Below the pieces are notes generated by a model, which ran no database searches, was not told where the DNA came from, and was given only the letters and a program-made list of their open reading frames with translations. DNA of 59,266 nt, the filler included, from Sphacelaria rigidula (lineage: Eukaryota): the NCBI GenBank assembly GCA_964200075.2. It is 5 parts of 5 records of this genome, joined end to end, with 100 filler letters (N's around TTAATTAATTAA, not from the genome) between each part and the next. Parts side by side here need not be neighbours in the genome. Positions count along the whole stretch, not along the records: positions 47,495 to 59,266 come from CAXNAA020004524.1; 4 more parts are not named here. One strand, written 5' to 3'. The position numbers were made by a program, and so were the translations under genes. Positions 49,174 through 59,266 of this stretch are shown here, in pieces (within the stretch, counting starts at the first letter, position 1; every line of letters begins with the position of its first letter).

Positions 49174-52100
49174 CTATCAGATGCATGTGCAGGTGAAAAA
49201 CCTCCTGGCCACCCTTTGCCCCGTCGTTGATCACCACCCTGTTTTACCATAGCAACATCGGCCGGAAGACCAACACGAACAACCCGCCAAACAAGGGTAC
49301 CGGACACAACCGACACGGCAGGGTCAAGTTAGCACGGTAAAGGATCACAAGATGTCGGCAGTGAAGGTACACATCTACGGCAACGGAGGACAACGACGGA
49401 CGAGGGACGCGGGAGAGGTGGTGTTGCGAGGGTAAAGCATGGTGGAGGCCGTGATTCCAAACCTGGTTCGCTCCACTGCTCTCAAACCCCAACCCCATCT
49501 TGTCAGAGGCTACGTATACAAAGACGATTCTGCGCAGAGCTATCGAGGAACCAGCCCTTTTATACTGCCCTCACCCACCTTTTCCTCAGAATGCCAACAA
49601 CGCAAACAAAAGTGAATCACGATGGTGGACTAAAACCTGCTCATAAATTAGTTGCTAATTGTCGCCGGTTGAAAGACGTGGGGCAAGTTTATCTGAAACT
49701 CTTCGTGGTCAAAGCCTCACGAGAGAAGCGGAAAAAATATCTAGAACCAGTTTGTGAACCACACACGCGCACGAGCACTACTCGATCGATTTGCGATTCT
49801 CGTCCAAGGTTGAATGCTCCCTATACTTTAGACGAAGTAAGCAATGCGAGCTGTTTGTCAACTTCAAAAAATTGACGTGAGTGACATGTAAGAATTCACC
49901 TTGGAAGCTATCCTAACCGCTGGCAAGCCTGGGCAACCGTAACTGATCCGCCGTACTACTGGGTTACACTTTTTCCGTTACCTGAATCCCTCTAGTTGCT
50001 CATCGTTGGCGATTTTAGCTGCGACCTCCAGCATATGTCCGAGCAAACCCGCCTGATCGGCTGTCGCATACCGCAGCTGCGTCAGCCCGTCGCGTCGCTT
50101 CGGTATGATGAGGACGTGCGTGGGTGCCACGGGATTAATGTCTCTGTGTGCAAAAACAGTACGAGGCGGAAGTGAAAGGCGTACGTCTTCGGTTACCGAC
50201 GGCGCAAACATGGGTGTGGACAGATGAGGTCTATGGGGTCACCGGTTCCATGCGAACACACGTAGCAGCGAGAGGCCAGGAAAAAAGGGCGTAGGCACGA
50301 ATGGCGAGCCGGCTCAGTCTCGAAACAAGCGCTGCAACATGAACCCGATTCTCGATCGGGCGTCGACGGAACAGTGTTTGCAAAAAATTACTGTTTGTTA
50401 CCAATAACCCTGGAATGAAATCGGAAGAATCCACGAATGAACGATCCCGAAGCAAGCCTGCACTGCGAGCAGCTGTACGGCAATAAGGTTATCTCACCGG
50501 AAGGCCAAAACTCGGTCGTCCTCGAACACGGCAGTATAAGGGAGCTCCTTGGCCAGGATCTTGTCAAACACAGAGCTCGGACTGGTGTCCCTCTTGCCGG
50601 CGTGCAGGATAGTGTCCCACCTTTTGTCGGAGTTTCGTTTTTGCGAGAACGCGATGTACAACCACCGAAACAAATCCAGGTGTTCGATTGGGGAATGACC
50701 CCCGAAGCAGCTCGGTTGGTAGTACTCGGAGTGAATATGCGGTGGCGGCCCCTGCCGTTTCTCGGCGGGCGTATTACTATCAAGACGAAATTGCGAAAAA
50801 AACAAAAGTTCAACGTGTTGGTAGACAAGCATCGCTGAAATTTTTGCGCCTCGACATGTGCCTGTCAAACCCTCCAGCCAGAAAAAAAAATGTGTGGGAG
50901 AAACCAAGAAGATATTCTGTCGCTATAGGCATCGCCGAACGTTTGCGCCCTAAAAATGTGGCAGTTGAACCCCCCGTGAAAAAAAAAACGGTACCAGAAC
51001 CCTAGAAGCTATTTTGCACGGGAGTGAGTGCATCTGCTAAAGTTGCGACTTTTTCGTCGGCAGGACGCGACATGAGTCCGAATCCGAAGTTACACGTTCT
51101 CCTGCGTACAGTGACCGTACCGCGGGATTGATATCCGAAGCTCGCACCCTGGATTGGATTGTCTTCATTTCAACGATCCCACTGTCGGGCATGTGTTTGG
51201 CTTACACCGGGGGGTACTCGTGATCCTGTTGTTGATAAGGTTTGGTGACCTTGGACCTGTGTGCCTTACCTTCCATTGGCGTCCCACTTTTCAAGCGCTT
51301 CCTTGATCTCGTCTTTGACCCTACCGCGCAAAATAGAGATGAAGGGAAAAGAAAACCGATGTATTTACATAAATGAACATATCGCCCTTAGTGAAAGAGG
51401 AATCAGGCCAGTAGTAGTGTGCCAACAGTGCAAAAACGAAAGTTCCATCACATCAAGGGCGTGAAGTTCCCTGACTCTCAACGAATTCGAAAAACTGATG
51501 TCCCGATCACCTGTCTTCAAAATTTCCCGGTTTCCGAAAGAACAGCGAAAACAAAGCCGATAAAATCACTCTATTGGACTATCCGCGCTTTCGCATGGTC
51601 ATTGTAAAAAACAGCTCCACCTACAGTAGAGTATCATTTTCTTAATATCCACACACCCACTTTGTTCTCAAACAACCTGCCTTTTTCATTGCCGAGGCCC
51701 TCTCCAGATCGACAAAACAAACGGCACAACAGTCTGCTCTTCAGCAATTCAATCCTTCCATCCTCCCTCACTGGCCGGGAACAAATCGGTAGACATCAAA
51801 ACACACCTCTTCCCAACGGGGTGTTGCTCCATGTATTGGCACCAAGCAAGTAGCCTGGGTCCCAGAAACTCTGCCTCTGCTTTGCCGAACTTGGGCATCA
51901 TGAATCGGATAAATATCATGGTAGGCCACACGGTAGCGTCCGCCAGTGAAACGCTTCCTCCTGCGAGAAACGGTCCCTCCGCGCTCGCCAGATCTTCCAG
52001 GTTCACCAATTGTCCCTTTAGGTTGTTCCCGATGATGTTGGTGTGGGCCCATAGTAATGAATTGGTGTAAATATCAACAGTTTTTGGACATTTGTTTAAT

Positions 52101-55100
52101 CATTTTCCTTCATGTTGTCGACGGGTGTCCGTAACACTACGTACGTCAGGGGCTTACGATGATTGAGGAAGAGGGAACTTCGACACGGCATGTCGCTACA
52201 TGGAAATGAGGCACCGCCCACTCAAAAACAACTATCCCGAAATAACGCTACTCTAGTGCAAACCCTTGGGCAATATGAAAAATATGAGAAGCACTTGAGT
52301 ATGAATGAGCAGACATCGTCGACCAACGGACTACAGTTTTCCTCGTAGTCACACTTTTGACCCTTCCCCTTTCTCGGGACGAGTCCGTGGTCTCAAAGCA
52401 TCAACCCTCTCTCCCCGATACACGCCTTACATCGGTATCGCGGATTGGATCATGACCTTCAGCACGCCCGCACCGCATCCACTTTCATCTAACAAACTCA
52501 GTCGAACTATTTTTTGCTACCCACGTACGTTCTCACGTACGCTCTTACCTACGTTCTCACCCACGTTCTCACGCTTTCAACGACGGAAAAATATGCTTTC
52601 GAAGTAAAAACTCGAACGCATCTGGCAGGAATCGAACCGCGCCGTTCTTTCCTTTTAGAGTAATGGTGTCAGTTTTGCCCTTTTAATGTCACCGGGGCGG
52701 GGTGGCTATTGCAGAGCTTTTCTGGTACGTTTTCAACCGCAGACACGTTTCGTTTCTTCCATTTTTTCGACTTGTTTTCATGTCCCTTTTTTTGTAATGC
52801 GTCTGTGTCATTTTTTCTGGATCCGAATTTAGCCTGTGACCACGGAAGGCGTCCGCATTAGATGCCCAGTACAGAGTACTGTGCAGATATCGGAACGGTT
52901 TTCAATGTGAAGCCAACAACAACAACAACAAGACACACACGGAATCTCCCTATATATATACATAGATGGATATCGCTGACGCACACACCTCTAGGTCTTT
53001 GATCGCGGCAAGGCGGTCCGAGTGGATTCCAAATGGAGGAACGGCCTTATAAAGACACCCCTGGGACATAAGAGACGAGGATGACCAACGGCAACGCGGA
53101 CACAAGGAAAGGGATACTTGCATGAAAGACCGTTCTCGTCAGCTACTGAGCCTACAATCGACAGCTTACTAGTCCTCCGCGCTCCTCGCTTCATGTCGAA
53201 AAAACAGCAGCGCCATTTTGTCCATCTGAGTTAGTTGGCGTGTAATAGCGATGCTTCGACTTTTCATCAGCGGTATCGAAAGACCAAACAAAAGTGAGTA
53301 CGGTTTGGAGTCTACAGCACGAAGAAACCAAGGAACGGAACCAACACTTTTCTGGGGGGGGTTGCTGCTCGCAGGGTATCTTCTCTCCCCCATGTGACCC
53401 AGGGAGAACCACGGTAGATCGTGCGGTGTTGGTTTGTACTTGCCGTACTTAACGCCTTGCATGGGCACCGCCTGTCTTGGACACCGTCTCCACCACAGCG
53501 ACAAAAAACATATATGCACGTCACCCCTTGCTACGCATGCTGACACCGTATGATACAGTAACTCTATCCTCTACCTGTCACGCTCCGGTCCGCTATATTG
53601 TACCAGCGGAGGTACGCACAAAAATATTATGGAACCACAGGGGCGAAAGCCATCTCATGCAGCAGTATCATGTTACAAGAAAAAAATCGCCGAGTGCGAA
53701 GCTTCTGGAATGCTCCTGACGAGTATTCCAACCGCCCAGCGACTGCGACTCTGAGTCGTGGGGATCCTAGTCAGTGTATCTTAGTCGCTCCTCATTCTCC
53801 GAATTTAGTCGCATGAATCGACTCTGAATCATCCCTCACTTTACGAACTTACTCGCATGAGTCGACTCTGAGCCGTTGACATTTTTGTTGTTCCGTCGTG
53901 AGAGTCGACTCTGAGCCGTCATTTTCGGCGTTCAGTCGTAAGAGTCGACTCTGGATCGTTGAGAATCGGGGAGTTCAGTCGGTTGACCCAACTCTTAGTC
54001 GCCATTTCTCGCATTCAGGCCGTATGAGCCGACTCTGAGTCATCCCTCATTTTCCGGATTCAGTTGTTTGAGTCGAAAAATCAAGGCTGGACAGTTTATG
54101 AGCAGTTGTTCGATGTGTGGATTATTCCAGCGTAAAATCGAATCCGAAACCCTCGGATGATCATGCGCGGACTCTGGATGATGACTACTCCGCAGCCAAT
54201 AAGGGATCAATATCAAACGAGTGTTTTGACTTCGGTAGAGACATGCGAGCATGGCACTTTCTACGATAGCCCCCCTCCCCCCAAAAAATGGGTGGTTTTG
54301 GGAGGCATAATCTTTACGTAAATCAAGATGGGAAAAGCAGAGCACAACGAGAAGCTGAGAAATCCCACGCTTGGGTTCGTTCTAGCCAATGTCGCCAATA
54401 TGAGGCGCTCCATGCAGCCTGAACCCAGACATCAGGCGCTGTATAGCCATTTTTTGTGACACTTTTGGGCTGGTTTTGGGGGGGGGACTATCGTAGAAAG
54501 TGTCGCATTTGGTTTATTTTCTAGGATATTTGTCACGCAAAATCTTACGTCGATCGTTTCCCATCTGACCACCACAACAAGATATATAGGTACAGGATAT
54601 GTATACAACCCTTACTTGTACCTGAATTGGATTTATGTAAACGTCGTGCAGGCGACAGACAGCGGCCGCCTTCATGCGAGCTTGTAGCGTCGGCGGCCGG
54701 AAAGACGCTCCCCTGTCGCTGTACCTGTTTTGATGACGCCAAGTGCATGAACGAGATGCAGCGTGCTCAAGATATTTATAAATATCGGGGAATGGGAAAA
54801 GGAGGAACATAATTCGGCAATGCTCGGCAAAATTCATTCAAAGCCGACAGGCTGCGGTTGTGCTGATCCAGTGCTCGAGAAAAGCCCGCAGCGAGTACGC
54901 ACAGGAGGAGAGATAGCTGTGGTCCGTGATGACCATGGACTCGTCCTCAGGAAGATAGGGTCTCAAGGTACGGTACGACAAAAAAAAAAGGGAAGAAGGT
55001 ATGTGTGCATGGAGTACGAAACCGTTTTTCCAAAGGCGCATCTTTCACTTGGGTTACGCTCGACACTGACAGTGATGGTTGTGCCACAAATGGGCTTGAC

Positions 55101-56575
55101 CACACGACGGAAAACGTCGCAAAAACCTCGGCCTCTTTGCGAGACGACAGGAGAAGCTGTTGCACTACCTCGGCCCTTCTTCATCCAATACTCTGGGAAG
55201 CGGAGAGACTTATCACTCGCAGGTGAGGGCTACCATCGCACTCGAATGAGATACCCCCTTCCTTTTCGAAAAACATGAGCACTTGCACACAGGAGAATTG
55301 GCATCGATCCAGCGAGCTGACCCCATGCAGTCCACACCACGGTTAATGGCAGACTTGCGCTGTGAGTATGAACTACACCTCTTCGGCCACGAATTAACCC
55401 AACCGACTCCCTTGTATACGTGCGAATACGTCGCTTGGTACCGAGTTTCTCATATAAGAGCGTGCCCCCAGTACCTATTGATCTCCGAGACGCTCTACGG
55501 TCAATGTGCCTAGCTTGGAGCCGATGAAGCAGCGTCGCTGTGGAGCGGCGATAAAGACTGTTCGAACAGCTGCAGAATTGTGCGAAATTCAATACCCCCA
55601 GGATAACATCGCGATGTGGAGTCGACTATTCCCCACCACATGTAAAATGTAGGGGTGAAGTCTGACGAAGCACCTCACATTTATCCCGAGGAATTCCACG
55701 ATCCCCCCAAAATGCTTACTTTTCCACCAGATACTGGCAGATAGTGTCGGACTCAGGAATGGGGCCGCAATCGTCGGTCACCAACAAGGGCATCTGCGAT
55801 CACATGAGTCAACCAAACGAAACGGACAACGGTTAGATAACAATTGCACGCTCGCTGTGCAGTTCTAGTCAGGACCTACACTAACTGTGAAAAATCTTTT
55901 CCACGACTCTTTCGGCCACTTCGACCATCCTCGTGATGTTTGTGCTGAGAGTTGTCTCACGAAAAAAAAAAAAAACTATTTCCAAGCACCCTGGCATGGT
56001 TCCACCCACTCAGCATTGGCAAAGTCCAATGCGCATGAGAGCGGCCACATCGAGCAGGAGCAACATTCCACCTGTGCACTAACATAGTCGGGTCCAAAAA
56101 TACCTCAGAATCATCATCGACGGCAACCCTGCAGGACCCGGCTTTGCTACGCATCAAATAGTGATGGCGCTGCAGCCGTCAATCAGAATGCCTCCGACTA
56201 TACCTCACAGAACGCAGGCGACGCGCTCAGTTGTACGTCCACCGAGGGTATCTTCTTCACCGCGATACCCTAGTGAAACCCTTACGCGATTTTATCTGAC
56301 TCAGATGGCATTGAACGTTGTCTGTAGTACGCCATGATTGCAGACCGAGAGAAAGATTCTTGGAATGTGTCTACTCATGTATCGGTTTCAGTACCGTATA
56401 GCTGCCCAGAGAAAATCGACTCAAATTCGCGCAGTTTCCGAGGACAGCGGAATACAACATACCGACCTTGCCGTGACAGTTGAGCTTCAGATATTCGTCG
56501 GACTTGAGGCCGCCTATGGTCGACGGCGCCACAATGTCCACTTCGTCCTCGATCCCCTTTTCATACACCACGAAC
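49174..56575 (-). CDS. Glutathione S-transferase-HINT (histidine triad) fusion protein; 9 internal exons
   Basis: GT-AG, phase-consistent exons: 56575-56467, 55793-55720, 54724-54622, 53060-52989, 52015-51807, 51320-51270, 50620-50498, 50143-49982, 49238-49174. GST motifs YLKLNCHGKMPLL, IPESDTICQYL, GPFLAGGSVSLAD. HINT motifs SVFDKIL, LAFRDINPVAPTHVLIIPK, GGQEVFHLHMHLIG. First and last exons not located. Confidence 0.92.
52330..52640 (-). mobile_element. SINE family A (intronic)
   Basis: GACGAGTCCGTGGTCTCAA core with a GAATCGAACC end. Confidence 0.7.
53738..54075. repeat. GAGTCGACTCTGAG-rich repeat
   Basis: Palindromic GAGTCGACTC-like motifs recur about every 40 nt. Confidence 0.7.
54253..54504. 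mobile_element. MITE (GACAC...GTGTC family) with 4-bp TSD GCAT
   Basis: GCAT|GGCACTTTCTACGATAGCCCCCC...GGGGGGACTATCGTAGAAAGTGTC|GCAT. Confidence 0.85.
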
Positions 56576-57458
56576 CTGTTTTTCACCGAATGCAATGCAA
56601 CAGATGATGGGGACGAAATGGGCAACATACTGTGTCCGTACATGGCGTGCGAAAATGTTTGTGAGTTTGTCATAACAGTTATGCTGCTTTGTTCCGATAG
56701 TCATCGTTGGGCATTGGACTTGGCTTGTTTTTTTTTCTGGGCAGGTTGGAGTGACTAACCGTGAGCGAAAGGATGACGGACATCCCCTCGTCTGTTCGTC
56801 CACAAATTTCGGATCATGAGTGTTTTCATGCCACGGATTCACGCGACATCACAAACTATAACAGGAGGGACATCGCGAAAGGTGGCACGGGGTGGCTAGA
56901 ACCAACAGAGAGGATCAAAACCTCCCACGAGTGCAAAACGGAGTTTCGATACGCCTGTGGCCACATGTAGTGCGAGGGCAGTGTAAGTTAAAAAATTCCC
57001 CTCGTGGACGTCCGAGTTTCAAGAACTTGCTGCGCCATTTCACGCATTTCTTTCTTCTTCCTGTCGCATTTTTAAATCCCCCCCTCCTTCCGGGCGAGTC
57101 CGTGGTCTCAAGGGATCATCCCATCTTTCCCCCGGTACACTAGACCGCGATATCTTGTTGATCTGGCTTGTGTAAATCACTCGAGGGTGGGTACGGACGA
57201 ATAATTTGGATTGTCGGATCCGCCGTGGACGGAAACATGCTGTGGACGGGTACGCCATGGATTGGTCATGGGCAAACATGCATGGGTAGTTGCCGCCGTT
57301 TGAATCAGTGGTACGTAGCCAGGCCTGTGTACCCGTCGTTGTGTTGTACGGATTATATTTGGGTATAGCACAAGGTTTCCAGAAAGACAAGGAGTACAGT
57401 TTTGAAGCGAGGAACAACAGCACCTAAAAGTCACTCATTGGCGAGTCGCGACAGAGCA

Positions 57459-57494
<36 letters not shown>

Positions 57495-57540
57495 CGTGTG
57501 TGTGTGGTTGTGTCTTCTCGAGACTTACGAACGCTCGGAC

Positions 57541-57900
57541 ATCATACTTTTAACCCCCCCCTTTGGGTGCTCCGTCTCGAAAGGGATGCGTGGTCAATGG
57601 TCAAACGACTAAGGCAAGCAACAAATGAGTACGCCCCCCCCCCCCCTTTCCTGGGGGCGAGTCCGTGGTCTCAAGGAATCAACCTGTCTGTCTCTCCTCG
57701 GTATAGTACCCGCCTTATATTTTGGTCTCGCGGATTGGATTAACACTACAGTACCGCATCGCGCCGACTCTTGTCTGATACATCCAAGTCAAACAAACTA
57801 CTTCTGCTCCGCTATTCACGTTCTCATGTTTTCAGGGACGGATATCAGATACTTTCACGAAAATAACGAACTAGACGCATCTGACGGGAATCGAACCCGT
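57541..57900 (-). mobile_element. SINE family A interrupted by the 75-bp repeat
   Basis: SINE core at 57658 and B box at ~57888. Positions 57568-57640 match the 17925/19803 repeat in reverse. Confidence 0.7.
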
Positions 57901-57935
57901 GTTCTTTCCACCCTAATGGCGTCAGTTGTACCATT

Positions 57936-58109
57936 TTAATGTAGACCATCCGGGTACAGCGGCATGGAAGCACTGTACTGTTGTTGGGAAAAGGCATGCC
58001 TGTCCTTGGCGCTTGGTGGTGGAAACACTTGCCCGTAGAGGTCGTACAGCCGGGGAATAAAGGCCTCGACCGTAGCGGTGCTGATCAAGAGCTTGAAAGA
58101 GTCCACGAC
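57936..58109 (-). CDS. Possible exon of unknown affiliation
   Basis: TAG acceptor followed by the open frame VVDSFKLLISTATVEAFIPRLYDLYGQVFPPPSAKDR..., which looks coding. It may join an upstream exon ending at ~58973. No family recognised. Confidence 0.3.
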   Translation of the reverse strand, partial: VVDSFKLLISTATVEAFIPRLYDLYGQVFPPPSAKDRHAFSQQQYSASMPLYPDGLH

Positions 58110-58199
58110 CTACTGTAACTACGCAAACATGTTATCTGTTCTGATGACATTTCGCCGGATCTGAGGGCATAACTGTTACGCCATGTCTTGGGCCAACAG

Positions 58200-58653
58200 T
58201 AATGGGGGCCGTTCAAAATTCCTGTCGAAAACTGCCTTTTGGGCCCTTTTCCGTCGATTTACGCCCGAAAAGAGGGCGAGGCGGATCTTGAGGCCGTGGA
58301 ATGACTTGCTCTACTCGTTGAGACGCTTCCAGGGCAACTTCGCATTTCTCGCTGGCGGTACTTTTGTTTTTGGCCAAATGAGGCCAAACACGGATTTTCA
58401 GTAAAAAACGGCCAGGTGATCACAATTTCCCCCTGTTTTTTTATCGCCTGACTGTTTTCTGTCAAAAACCCGTGTTCGGCCAAAATTAAAAGTGCGGCCA
58501 GCGGGAAATGCAAAGTTGTCCTGGGACGGCCTCAACGAGTAGAGCAAGTCATTCCAAGGCGTCAACAGCCGCGTAGCCCTCTTTTCAGGCGTAAAACGAC
58601 GGAGAAGGGCCAAAATGGCAGTTTTAAACAGGAATTTTGAACGGTTCCCATTA
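58200..58653. mobile_element. Foldback-like palindromic element
   Basis: TAATGGGGGCCGTTCAAAATTCCTGT...ACAGGAATTTTGAACGGTTCCCATTA. The arms are complementary over ~200 bp. Confidence 0.85.
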
Positions 58654-59266
58654 GAGTCGATCTTAGGCCAACTCTTATGGGGGCATTTGAAATTTCATTT
58701 TGCAACAATTTCAGAGGAGTTTTTTTTCTTTGTCATCATGGTGAACGGACACAAAATACACAACTACGGCAAAGAAAAAAAAGTATTTTAAAATTATTGC
58801 AAAATAAAATTCTAAACGCTACCGTAAGAGTTGGCCTTAGGGATGCTAATTGGGGCGAAAATAGTGAATATTATGGTGTTCGAGGACACTATAACGACCA
58901 GAGGAAAGAAATTCATTCTTACTTCTTTCTCCTGGGATGCTCAGCCCGGGTACACTTGGTTTAAGAGGCCAACCTCTTGACGGGTGACTTGCGCGTGCAG
59001 GTGACGCCCTCCCTGCTCACACCCTACATACTCTTGCTCGCTGAAGTATGGCTTCACTCTTGACGGTGTGCCGATGTGACAACTGTCTTCTGCAGTTTAT
59101 GCAGAGGTGCAGAGAGTGACGCTTAAGTCACTTGACTTGAGAATGGAGATGTTGAACTTGGCGCTTATGTGGCCGAATAAGACTCCAACTTATGGAAGAG
59201 AAGGGTATGAAACAGCCGATCATCTATGTTGAGGATGGTGCTTTTCATTGAGGATGAGAACCCGGA

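Noticed and set aside
53738..54075. CRISPR-like regularly spaced palindromes (GAGTCGACTC)
   Set aside because: The repeat is short and degenerate, the intervening sequences resemble each other, and it is intronic. It is better explained as a TE or satellite.
14704..56575. Lyase-WSC, AIM24, CYP51 and GST-HINT as a metabolic gene cluster
   Set aside because: They lie on different contigs joined by artificial spacers. Only AIM24 and CYP51 are truly adjacent.

Overview
Repeat-rich, intron-rich eukaryotic nuclear DNA, most likely a brown alga (inferred from the gene content and TE landscape). The window is not one locus. It is five contigs of 11775, 11774, 11773, 11772 and 11772 bp joined by 100-nt N44-TTAATTAATTAA-N44 spacers, so nothing should be linked across gaps. 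Hand-spliced host genes: (1) a 10-exon polysaccharide-lyase-like (PL7/PL41-type motifs) + 2xWSC protein (14704-19459, -); (2) a predicted plastid-targeted protein exon (25545-25994, -); (3) an AIM24-domain protein (38257-43034, -), head-to-head with (4) exon 1 of a probable CYP51 (43241-43443, +); (5) a 9-exon GST-HINT(HIT) fusion (49174-56575, -). The rest is mobile DNA: an internally deleted chromodomain Ty3/Gypsy element with both LTRs, LINE and hAT remnants, two tRNA-derived SINE families, several MITE/foldback families, and decayed OTU-protease and GCPW-type ankyrin sequences. All family assignments come from motif recognition by eye; no searches were run.
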